64,000 bases of DNA from Cyanophora paradoxa CCMP329 (taxonomy: Eukaryota > Plantae > Glaucophyta), in assembly GCA_004431415.1 (NCBI GenBank), contig QPMI01000107.1, positions 62,001 through 126,000 of the forward strand, written 5' to 3'. The translations under genes and the position numbers were made by a program. Within the stretch, counting starts at the first letter, position 1; each line of letters opens with the position of its first letter. Below, in pieces: positions 23,258 to 33,458 of the stretch. The notes under the pieces are model-generated. The model saw only the letters and a list, made by a program, of their open reading frames with translations. It made no database searches and was not told the DNA's origin.

Positions 23258-24437
23258 TATACCACCGCCGCCACCGCCTTTAGCGTGCACGTGGGGAAGC
23301 GTGCGATGGCGGATAGGTCGCGCTCCAGGAGCGGGAGGAGCCGCGCCGCCGCGCCGGCGTTGGCCGAGGAGGGGCCAGCGACGGGGGCGCGGGCGGGGGC
23401 GGCGCCGGAGGCGGAGGCCGCAGTCTTGGAGATGATGTGATGCTTGCTAGAGGCTCGACCCGGTCGGGTGCGGTGCAAGACTGAGTGAGGGTGGCAAACA
23501 TGAGTCGTGGGACGCGAGCACAGCTGTACAGCATGCGCACCGATGGAACAGATGCGATGTTGATGCCCAGCTGCGACGCTTGCTGCCGCGCTTCGCGGGA
23601 AGTGAGAGGGTGGCGGGGCGGTCGAAGCCTGCCGCTGCAGCTGGAGGTAGATAAGTTCGTAGCTGGTGCGGCCGGAATCGGTGCCCGATGTGCACACTGC
23701 GCTAGAGTTCCGAAGGCAGCGCCGCGGCGAGCGCGAGAGCGAGTGAGGTTCGAGCGGACTACATCCGGACGTGAGCTCCAGGAGTCGTTGTGCCGGCCCG
23801 GTCCGGGCGAGCGATTCATGCAGCAGAGCATTGCAATTGTTTAGCTAACGTGCTCCGACGAAGCGCTAAGACAGGAGCTGAGAACCAGACGACAGGCCAT
23901 GATCTGCTCGACAGCATATCGCATGCAGCGCGCGGCCTTCGGCCGGTCACGCGCGCGCGGAGCAAGGGATGGCATCTGACCATGTGGTTGGGCACGGAAG
24001 AGAAACAAACGGAGAGATCGCACACGCCGGGCGGGATCTGCTCGCGGCGGGCGCGGGGCGGTCATGATCAGATGTAGAACCATGCATGTGGGCGCACACT
24101 CGGCCAAGCGGCGCGCACTGGAACGCGCAAAGGTTCGCCAGCTAGAGCAGATCTAGAGCTCAACTTCGCTGGGGCAGCTCTGTTGCACCGCGCTAGCCGC
24201 TGAGCGCTGTCACCGGTGGAAGCGTAATGCAGCTAGAGTTTTGATGCGCCGTGCTGAGGACGAACGGTGAAAGCGTCGGCGCCGGCGCCGATCGATGGCT
24301 GGCAGCTCGCTCGAGTGACGAGTACCCGGTTCACGGCTTGATGGGGGGCCAGCCGCTGCAGGGGTGCCGAGAAAAACCCCATTCCAAACTCGCAGGAGCT
24401 CGGAGCCAGATCGAGTCTCGGACTAGCTAGTACAAAG

Positions 24438-24785
24438 GTACTTTAGGCGGCCTAGCGGGCCACCCTGTGCTCCTCCGGTCACGGCATGTATGACATGAAT
24501 CGTCGGGCTCATCACGCGCGTTTAGGCGCACTTGGTCCGGCAGATATACCGCCACTTGGTGAGGCGCTAGATTGCATTTTTCGAAAATGTGTTACTGCCC
24601 ATTCCTGGTCAACCCGACGGGACCCGGATCTCCCGGAACATGTCTCCGGACTCCTAAGGACATGTCTTGCTAGGATCCGGCGAGAAAACCCGGGTTTTGG
24701 GAGGTCGGGACATTTCATTTTGGCCTAGGGTGGGCACCCGAACACCCCCAAGTGGGGGAAGGGGAAGGGGGTCCTTCCCCAATAA
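24438..24785. repeat. Dispersed diverged repeat, copy 2 (partner at 20911-21304)
   Basis: See copy 1. Confidence 0.65.
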
Positions 24786-25054
24786 GAGTAATAGTATCAG
24801 CTTCTGGAATGCCCGGTATTAACTTGGCCTTCGCGGCCCGCTTTATAGCTAGCTAACTGTAGTGAATTGTGGACGGCAAAATGTCAAAAATGTCAAAATC
24901 GGCAAACGCTTTGGCCCGGCCCCGAGTTCGAATCCCAAAATTTTATCGCCGGCCTCGCTCGTCGCGAATTTTCGCTCTCGCTCTTCCGTATTTTCTGTAT
25001 TTCTGTAGTGTATGTGCTCGAGTGTGGTTTTCAAGAAGGACAGGGATGCAAGGC

Positions 25055-26020
25055 GGGGTGCGCCGCGGCGGGGCGGGGCGGGCAGGGGCCGGCGCGGGGC
25101 GCGATCCGGCCTGTGCGCGGGCGTCAGCGCGGCTCGCGGCGGGCGGGAGGCGGCGGGGGCGGCGCGGACCTGGCCTCAGCCCCGTCGGCGAGGCGGGGCG
25201 CGCCGCGGCGGGGCGGGGCGGGCAGGGGCCGGCGCGGGGCGCGATCCGGCCTGCGCGCGGGCGTCAGCGCGGCTCGCGGCGGCGGGGAGGCGGCGGGGCG
25301 GCGCGGACCTGGCCTCAGCCCCGTCGGCGAGGCGGGGCGCGCCGCAGCGGGGCGGGGCGGGCAGGGGCCGGCGCGGGGCGCGATCCGGCCTGTGCGCGGG
25401 CGTCAGCGCGGCTCGCGGCGGGCGGGAGGCGGCGGGGCGGCGCGGACCTGGCCTCAGCCCCGGCGGGGCGCGCCGCGGCGGGGCGGGGCGGGCAGGGGCC
25501 GGCGCGGGGCGCGATCCGGCCTGCGCGCGGGCGTCAGCGCGGCTCGCGGCGGGCGGGGAGGCGGCGGGGCGGCGCGGACCTGGCCTCAGCCCCGTCGGCG
25601 AGGCGGGGCGCGCCGCGGCGGGGCGGGCGGGCAGGGGCCGGCGCGGGGCGCGATCCGGCCTGTGCGCGGGCGTCAGCGCGGCTCGCGGCGGGCGGGGAGG
25701 CGGCGGGGGCGGCGCGGACCTGGCCTCAGCCCCGTCGGCGAGGCGGGGCGCGCCGCGGCGGGCGGGGCGGGCAGGGGCCGGCGCGGGGCGCGATCCGGCC
25801 TGCGCGCGGGCGTCAGCGCGGCTCGCGGCGGGCGGGAGGCGGCGGGGGCGGCGCGGACCTGGCCTCAGCCCCGTCGGCGAGGCGGGGCGCGCCGCGGCGG
25901 GGCGGGGCGGTCAGGGGCCGGCTCGGGGCGGGATTCGGCTTGTGCGCGGGCGTCAGCGCGGCTCGCGGCGGGCGGGAAGGCGGCGAGGGCGGCGCGAACC
26001 TTGCCTTAGCCCCGTCGGCA
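25055..26020. repeat. GC-rich minisatellite, ~140-bp unit, 7 copies
   Basis: GCGATCCGGCCTG anchor at ~25101, 25241, 25380, 25511, 25650 and 25790, with a degenerate copy at ~25931. Confidence 0.92.
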
Positions 26021-26508
26021 CGCGCGAGGCGGGTCGCGCAGCGGCAGGGCGGGGCGGGCGGGGCATGATGTGCCTAGATAGCGCGCTATACAGCTGTACT
26101 ACGGTAGGCCATCGGCTCCGGATCCAGTGAGCAACTACCGCAGTATCACGAGCGCGCGCGGCTAGGCTAGGACGAAAGCACTTCTCTGAAGCTTTTGCAT
26201 GTCTTCTGACGGGCTAGCTTGCGCGGAGCGACACGTTGTAGGGCGATCGTACTCGCGCCACTTCCCCGGCGCCGCTACCTTGCGCTGTCGTCGCTTCGTA
26301 ACAAGTCCCAAGGCTCGCCGGTACCAAGGCAGCATCGTAACACAGTCCCAAGGCTCGCCGCTGCTTGCAGCCGCGGCTGAGCCGCCACGGGCCGGGTACG
26401 CAACCGCCTGTTATCTAGAGGTTAACTAGGGAGTCCCGGTTAACTAGTCGCTAACTAGGCTCTAGCTAGCGAATTTCTCTAGCGAATCTCTAGCTAGTGG
26501 TCCCTGTG

Positions 26509-26811
26509 TATGCATAAGATCGCCGAGACGCCCAGAGGCCAGTCGTTGCTGCGGCCGGATCTGTAACAGCTAGCGGCTCTATCTGCCGACTTGTATCGCG
26601 TGTGAGTCGGCGCTGGTGAGCTGCAGGAGTGGTGACCGGCGGCGCGAGGGCTGCGGGGCGGAGGCACGAATCATCGGGAACGGGCCCCGCCCGGATTCGA
26701 AGAGAGGGCAAAATGGGGTGAAATGAGCGAAGTGGGACTTGAACCCACGCCTCCGAAGAGACTGGTGCCTTAAACCAGCGCCTTAGACCGCTCGGCCATC
26801 CGCTCGATGAA
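26509..26811. repeat. Left arm (proximal part) of large inverted duplication
   Basis: Reverse complement of 27445-27747. Confidence 0.92.
26724..26805 (-). tRNA. tRNA-Leu(AAG)
   Basis: GAGCGGA acceptor stem, TGGCCGAGCGGTCTAAGGC A-box/D arm, CTGGT-TTAAGGC-ACCAG anticodon arm, long variable arm CTCTTCGGAG, GTGGG-TTCAAGT-CCCAC T arm; 82 nt. Confidence 0.95.
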
Positions 26812-27299
26812 AAAGTGGCGCAGACGCGTCTGGTCGACGCCGGGCCCGGGCAATTTGATGCGGTAGCTCAGTTTTTTTGGTGAAGGTTGAGCGGTAGCCC
26901 CGGCCACGCGCCAGGCCGGGGCGGTCAGACCGCCGCGGAGCTCGAGGGGGGCTCGTCATTGCCCGCGGCGGGGGGGAGCCTCGGAGGCGGTCGGCGCGCG
27001 GGCCCGGGGCGGCTAGCGCTGGCCATGGAAGCCCGGCGGAACGCGCCACTGGCCATATGCATATGCATGGCGCCGGCATGGAACGTTAACGTTAACCTCC
27101 GGATCCCTCCCCCCGACCGCGGCCTCGAGCTCCGAGCTCCCGACCCGGTCCCTTCCCGCCCCCTTAAATCTTCCACCGTCCCACGCCATCCCACTCCATA
27201 TACCCCTCGTCCCCCTCTTCCGAAGTTCCCCGACCAAACCTTCCCCGATATCGATATCGATACCCTGCAGCTGATCGTGATGATCATATGCATGAGCCC

Positions 27300-27380
27300 G
27301 CGGCGCGTGAGGCCTAGGTGCGCGTGAGGCCTAGGTGCGCGGCGCGTGAGGCCTAGGTGCGCGGCGCGTGAGGCCTAGGC
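27300..27380. repeat. Short tandem repeat of GCGCGTGAGGCCTAGG (4 copies)
   Basis: Visible directly in the spacer of the inverted repeat. Confidence 0.8.
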
Positions 27381-27444
27381 GCCGGCGGCGAGGTGCGCGC
27401 GAGAGGCAATGCCTGGGGTGCGGAATACGCATTCGCGCCGACCC

Positions 27445-30292
27445 TTCATCGAGCGGATGGCCGAGCGGTCTAAGGCGCTGGTTTAAGGCACCAGTCTCTT
27501 TGGAGGCGTGGGTTCAAGTCCCACTTCGCTCATTTCACCCCATTTTGCCCTCTCTTCGAATCCGGGCGGGGCCCGTTCCCGATGATTCGTGCCTCCGCCC
27601 CGCAGCCCTCGCGCCGCCGGTCACCACTCCTGCAGCTCACCAGCGCCGACTCACACGCGATACAAGTCGGCAGATAGAGCCGCTAGCTGTTACAGATCCG
27701 GCCGCAGCAACGACTGGCCTCTGGGCGTCTCGGCGATCTTATGCATACGCATTTTCGCGAGTAACAACTGGCCATGCAGCTTCCGCGTTGCTCCAGCGTG
27801 CACGAGCGCAAGCGCCACAGGCAATTGGAATGCAGACGACGGCGAACACGACCACACTCGAGCTGCAGACGACGACAGGGCGGCTGCTGACGCGACCAGC
27901 AGCTTGTATTGCACGGGGAGAGGCTCCATACGCGCTCGTACGCGCATCGGTGACTGCCCGGCGTTGCCGCAGCACGTACGCGCTTGCAATTGATTCGAAC
28001 TTGAAACACAGGTTGGAGACGAGGGGGCCGGCCAGGGCACCTGCGACAATGTTGAGGACGCGGAGCCGTGCTTCGTCGTGGCGCGCGAGCTTGTCGAGCA
28101 CCCGTTCCCCTTGGATCGGCTGTGGTCCTTTAAGCACGCGTGCCGCGCTGCGGGCGACCCGCCGGCGCTCGAGCTCTGCGGCGCACAGCCCGCCGACGGC
28201 GACTTCGACTTCGCGGCGGCATTCGGGCGCGTCCTGCGCGATCACCCGCCGACGAGCCCCGCGGCGCTCGCCGACGCCCTGCGGCGCCTGCCGGAGCTCG
28301 CGGCCGGCGGGCGGAGGCCACTGCTGAGCGGCCTCGTGCGGGTCGCGGCGGTGAGCGCCGCGTACGTCGCCGAGACGGCGGAGGGGCCGCGCCCCTTCTT
28401 CTTCCTCGAGGCCGCCCCGGCCCTCGGTGCGGAGCTCGGCCCCGCGCGGCCGCTGCAGGTCGTGGTGAGAGGCGAGGCGGGCGTGCGGCAGCGGCCCCTC
28501 CTGCACCCGGGCCTCGTTCTCTACGCGACGCGCCTGCGGCCGGCGATGCTCCTCGCCGGGCGGCCCCACGCGGCGCCCGCCCTCGTCGACTCGCCCGCCT
28601 CGGGGGCCCGCCCCGCCTCCCTCCTCCTCCCCGTCCCCGCTCGCCTCCTCCCGGAGGCCGCCGCCGCGTGTGCGGCCGCCTGCGGGCTCGCCGCGGACGC
28701 CCTGGCGCCGCCGCCCGACGAGGAGCCGGGGGAGCCTTCCTTGCTGGGCGTGGCGGGGCGCCTGGAGGGGGCGGAGGAGCTCCCCGGGGCGGGGGGCGCG
28801 GTCTGGCGGGTGGCCCCCGCGGGCGGCGGCCCGCCCACGCGCGTCTACCTGACGCACGTGCCCCTCGGGGGCCTGGGCGCCGCCTTCCGCCCCGGCGCCC
28901 GCGTCCGCCTCGCCCCCGTCCACGCCCTCCGCCTGCAGGGCCGCCTGCTGGCGCGCTCGCCTCGCCCTCCCCCTCCCTTCCCCGCTCCCCCGGGCTGACG
29001 GGGCCCGGCGGGTGCAGGGGTACCTCTGCTGCGCCCGCACCACGGTCGAGCTGCTCGCGCCTGCGCCGCCTGGGCCCGGCCTGGCCCCGCCCGCACCGCC
29101 GGGCGCACGCCCGCCGGCCGGGCACTTCTTCGACGTGATGACGGGCCCCGAGGCGGCGTGGTGCGCTGTGGCCTCGCTGCCGGCCCCGCCGGCGGCCGAC
29201 GGGCGCGTGCGGCAGGCTGCTGGAGGCGGCGGCGGCGCTGCGGGCCAAGTTCGGGCCACGCCTCACCGACCGCCGCCTCTTCGGCGACCCGCCGCCCCCG
29301 CCCGCCCCCGCCGCCGCCCGCCGCGCGCCGAAGCGCCGCCGGACGGCCTGCGGCCTCCTCCGCCACCTCGTCCTGGCGGCGCGCCCGCCCCTCGCGCCGG
29401 CGCCCCTGCCGCGCTGCGGCTGACGGGGTTTAGGCGGGGCACGAGGACGCGGCGCGCTGCATCCACCGCGAGTTCCTTCACCACGCCTCCGCCCCTGGCC
29501 CCGCCGCCTGCCCCGCAGCGTACGCACAGCCCACGCGCGGCGCCCGCCCGACTTCGCTTGCGTTCTGATCGGATGTCCGGCAGGGAAGTACGGCCCGCGT
29601 CCTGGCTCGCTTCGTACTCCGTCCCTACCGCGGCGGAGTTGCGGGCGGCTCTCGCGGCCGCCGCCCTCGCCGCCGCCCGCCGCCCCGGGGCCGCGATACG
29701 CCCGGGAGGCGTCCGCTGCGGTGCGCGCGCCCGCCGCCGCCGCCGCGCGCCCGCCGCCGGCGACGGCCCTGCAGTCGTGCTGGACGCTGGGACCTCCCGT
29801 CGCCTCCGCTCCTCGTCCTCGCCGCCGACGCCGCCGGCCCCGCGCCCGCCCCGGCGAGGCGGCTCCGTCCCGGGCCCGGCCCTGGCTCCCTCAGCCTCCA
29901 CGACGCGTCGGGCGCGATCGAAGCCCTCTGGCCGGCCGTGCGTGCTCCTCGGCCCGGCACCGGTCCGCCCCGCCTCGCGTCACTTCCTCCGCAGGGCGCC
30001 GCAGATGCGCTGCGGGGCGGGCGCGCCGTCGCCCTCACTGAGTTCGCTGCGCTCGCGGAGCTCGAGGCGGGCGAGGCGGGCCCCGAGGACGCCGCCCCGC
30101 CGGCCTCGCGCCTCCGCCGTCTCACCCTCCTCCTGCCCGCTCCCGCCGACCCCGCCGCCCCGGCCCCGCCCCGCTCTCTGCCCCCTCGCACCCTCTTCCT
30201 CCTCCCGCGGAGTTCGCCCGCGACCGCCGCGCCCGCCGTCGACGCCGCCGCTTTCGGTCCGCCGCCCGTCGAGCTGTTGTTCTTGGTGCGCT
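27445..30292. repeat. Right arm of large inverted duplication
   Basis: Reverse complement of 16540-18774 plus 26509-26811. Confidence 0.9.
27451..27532 (+). tRNA. tRNA-Leu(AAG)
   Basis: Same cloverleaf as the minus copy, with one difference in the variable arm (TTTGG vs TTCGG). A TTTT run lies ~10 nt downstream. Confidence 0.95.
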
Positions 30293-32594
30293 TCCGTCCT
30301 CGGCCCCCGACCCTGCTCCCGCCGTCCGACGAGGCGGCCGCAGGTGCAGCACCGGACGGGCCTTTTCCGCCGCGGGGGCGGCGAGCGCCCGCCGCGGCTC
30401 GTGCTCGCCGGGGCGGCTCTCGCCGAGGACGGCGTGCCGCTCGCCGCCCCGGCACCCCGCCTGGTTGCTCTCGAGTGCACCGCAGAGGGCGCCCCGCTCG
30501 CCGCCCTCCTCCTCGCCACCGCCACGCCCGGCAGGTGCCCGCTCCGCCCCACGTTCCCCGGCGCGGCGCCGACCGAGTGGCGCGGCAGGGTGCTCGTGCT
30601 GCGGGGCCTGCGGCCGATGCGGGACCCGGACCGGTCCCGCGCCCGCCGCATCGCAGCCGAGGCGGGGCTCGACCCCGCCGACCCGCCCCGCCCTCCTCAA
30701 GGCCGGCCCCGGCGGTGCCTGCCCGCGCCGCCCGCGCAGCGCCTCCTGACGGGCGCGGCAGCCTCGTTCTCCTTCGCCACACTGCAGCGTCTGGGCGCCG
30801 AGCCCGCAGCGGGCCTCTCCCTCGCCTTCCCCCCCTCGCCCGCCGCCCCCGCGCCGCCCGAGCCCTGCTCCCGCTGCGACGACGGCCGCCCCAACGGGCT
30901 CGACGCGCTCGGTGGCACCGTTTGCGTCGCCCTCCCGCCGGCCGCCCTCGCCGCGGCGGCCGCCCTCGCCGCCGATGCCAGCAATGCCGGCGCCCCGCTC
31001 GGGTGCGCCGCCCCCGGGCCTTCTTCTATCGCCTCTGGCGGGGCCACCGGCGATGGGCGAGGCAATCCCCTCGCAGGCTCCGCGCGGCGCTCGACGCGCT
31101 CGACGCGATGGAGCCGCCGGAGGAAGGGCGGCCGGCGCCGCGCCTCTCGCTGCGGGCCTTCGTTGCGGAGAAGGGGACGCGCCTGGCGCCCCCGGCGGCC
31201 TCCGGGGATCCCTCGGAGCCCGCCGGGCGCCCCCTGGTGTGCTACCGGTGCGCAGAGCCGCCGGCGGGAGGCGGGGGCGGCGGGCGCGCCCACGAGTCCA
31301 TCCTCCTCTACCTGGACACCCGCGAGTGCGCGCCCGCCCGCCCGCAGTGCCTGCAGCCACTCGCCCCTTCTGACGACGACGCCGGCGCCGCCCGCGCAGG
31401 TCGGTGGAGCCTGCGGGCCTCGCCGCGGGGGCCCTCGTCCTCTTCCGCCGCCTCGCCGCCCGCCCGTCCCCCGTGCGTGGCCCGCCCGCGCCGCCCCGCC
31501 CGCCCGGTCGTTGTCGAGCCAAGGCGCAGTCCGGTTGTTCAGTTCTCTTCCACGACAGCGCGAGCTCCGCCGAGGCACCCAGTCCGCCCCTCCGCGCTTC
31601 CTTTGACGCTCACGACCGCCCGCCCCGCAGGTGCTTTCCCCCCCGAGCGCCGCCTCGGTCGCCCTCGCGGCACGCCTCCTCGACCCCACCGACTGGCACG
31701 AGTGCGCCGCGCCCGCGTCCCTCGCCGCATGCCGACGGCCCACGGCGGGCGACTGCAGGTCGGCGGCGGAGGCTCTACCCGAGCGGCGCCTCGCGGCCCT
31801 GTACTCGTCCCCCCCTCGTCCCTCCCGGCGCCCCTTCCTTGCCCGCTGCGCCCTCCCCGCCGTCCTCTCCCTCCGCCTCCGCTGGCGCTGCGCCCGCTGC
31901 GGGGCGGAGCCGGTGCCGGATGACCCGCGCTGCCCCGCCTGCCGCGCTACGCTCCCCGCCGCCCCTCCCGCGCCCCGCATCGGCGCCGGTGCTAGCGGGG
32001 CCACGACCGGCGGTGTGGAGCTCGCCGCGTCGGCCCGCCTCCTCATCGACGACGGGAGCGCCGCCGCCGAGGCCGCCTGTGAGGGGCCCCTGCCCCTCCT
32101 CGCCCGCCTCCTCGCCGTGCCCCTCCCGTGCGCTCTGCCCCGCACCCACCCGGCTCGGCCCGCGCCGCTCATGCCTTGAGCCCGTCGAAGTGATCTGGAG
32201 GCGGCGGCGGCGGCGGCTTGGCGGGGTGGAACGTTCGCCTACGACTTCGGTGTGCCCTTCGCCCGCTGCGGCCTGATCCCGTCCTCCCCGCCCCTCAGCT
32301 CCAGCCCGGCCGCGCGGCTGCACGCGACCCTCGCCCGCCGCACGGCCCTCCGCGAGCTGCGCCTCGTCCTGCAGTCCGCGCCCGCCCGTCCGCCCCGCCC
32401 TGCCCGAGGCGCTCGCTCCGGTCGAGGTGCTGGACGCGGGGCCGCGCGCCCCGTGCGCCGCCGACGCCCGCCGCCTCCTCGAGCTCGCCGCCCTCGAGCT
32501 CGGCCCCGCCGCGGGGCTTCCGGGCCCTCCCGCCCCGAGCTCGCCCTCCCGAGCGCGATCAATGCTGCAAGATCGCGACGGGCGCCGATCATGA
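27830..32594 (+). CDS. CTC1: CST complex subunit CTC1-like multi-OB-fold protein, multi-exon (ends approximate; apparent homopolymer frameshifts)
   Basis: RVYLTHVPLGGLGAAFRPGARVRLAPVHAL resembles the CTC1 'RPG..L.L.DVHL' OB segment. The C-terminal VLSLRLRWRCARC...CPAC...ARLLIDDGSAAAEAAC matches the CTC1 OB-G Zn-ribbon and 'RLLVEDGTAEAVVTC' signature. Gene size is consistent. Confidence 0.7.
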
Positions 32595-33458
32595 GAACTC
32601 GAATTTCTGAAAGAATTTGTGGAGGGCCAAGACGAAATTTGATTTGCCAATCATTTCCGCAACTTGCACTGAGAGGTCGCGGACTCCCGGGACCCGAACC
32701 CCGGAACTCGAGCTAGAGAAGCCTTGAAGCTTAGATGAGAAGACGATCCGTTCGACTCGGCGAGGGCCCGACGGTCCGACGGTCTGAACGGTGGCCCAGC
32801 GTGGCAGTTGGTTCTGATCATCGGATGTCCGACGGTCTGAACATCGGCGGTTGGTTCTGAGTTCAGAATTGCAGCCTGAAGTCACCGGGCCGCTGACTCA
32901 GTGAACATTCACTGATTCCCACCGTGGCACAATCAGACCCCGGGCCCTTGGCAAGGCACAATCAGACCCTTGAAGGCAAGGCCCTGACTCAGTGAGGCAT
33001 CATGACGTCATGCCGCAATGCCAGACCGCCGAGCTGCCCAGGCTGGTTCACAGTTTCCCAATTTCTGAACTAGGAAACCCGGTGACCGTCGACAATTGAA
33101 CCCGGAACAGATATCGAACCCGGAGTCCGGATCTAGGGACTTGACTTCAACCTGCGCCTGCTGCGCCGCATGCATGCGAAGTGCAAGACATGCTTATTGA
33201 GTGATGCATGTATTGAGACAGGCGCGTGCACCTAGAACAACAAGACTACATCTATCGACTACATCAAGAGAACTACATGGAGGCGCAAGGCAATACTGTT
33301 CCTAGCCTGTGTCTAAGAGCAGGCAGGCAGGCAATACACAATCCTAGGCGCAATCTAATAAATAAGATGACACGCGCTGGCGAAAAAAAGGGGGCGACTA
33401 GACGTTGTATCGAGTCGTGAGCCGCCCCGTGACAGAAACAGAACCGGTAAAGTCGCGC

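Larger units (their letters stand above)
18775..26508. mobile_element. Non-autonomous TIR DNA transposon, CACTA/CMC-like (CACAG termini, 3-bp TSD), 7.7 kb
   Basis: Left end CACAGGGACGAATAGCTAG; right end (reverse complement) CACAGGGACCACTAGCTAG, 17/19 match. Flanked by TAT at 18772-18774 and 26509-26511. The uninterrupted site (AAATGCG-TAT-GCATAAG) is preserved in the right arm of the inverted repeat. CTAG-rich subterminal repeats. No recognisable transposase ORF. Confidence 0.88.

Noticed and set aside
26857-26900. tRNA-like 5' half (GCGGTAGCTCAGT..GGT..GAGCG) in the palindrome spacer
   Set aside because: It is interrupted by a T7 run, and no anticodon arm, T arm or B-box is found. At most it is a relic.
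32880-33010. Short duplications (CTGACTCAGTGA; GGCACAATCAGACCC) between convergent genes
   Set aside because: No TIR/TSD pair or other structure identified. An AP-1-like motif alone is not evidence of regulation.
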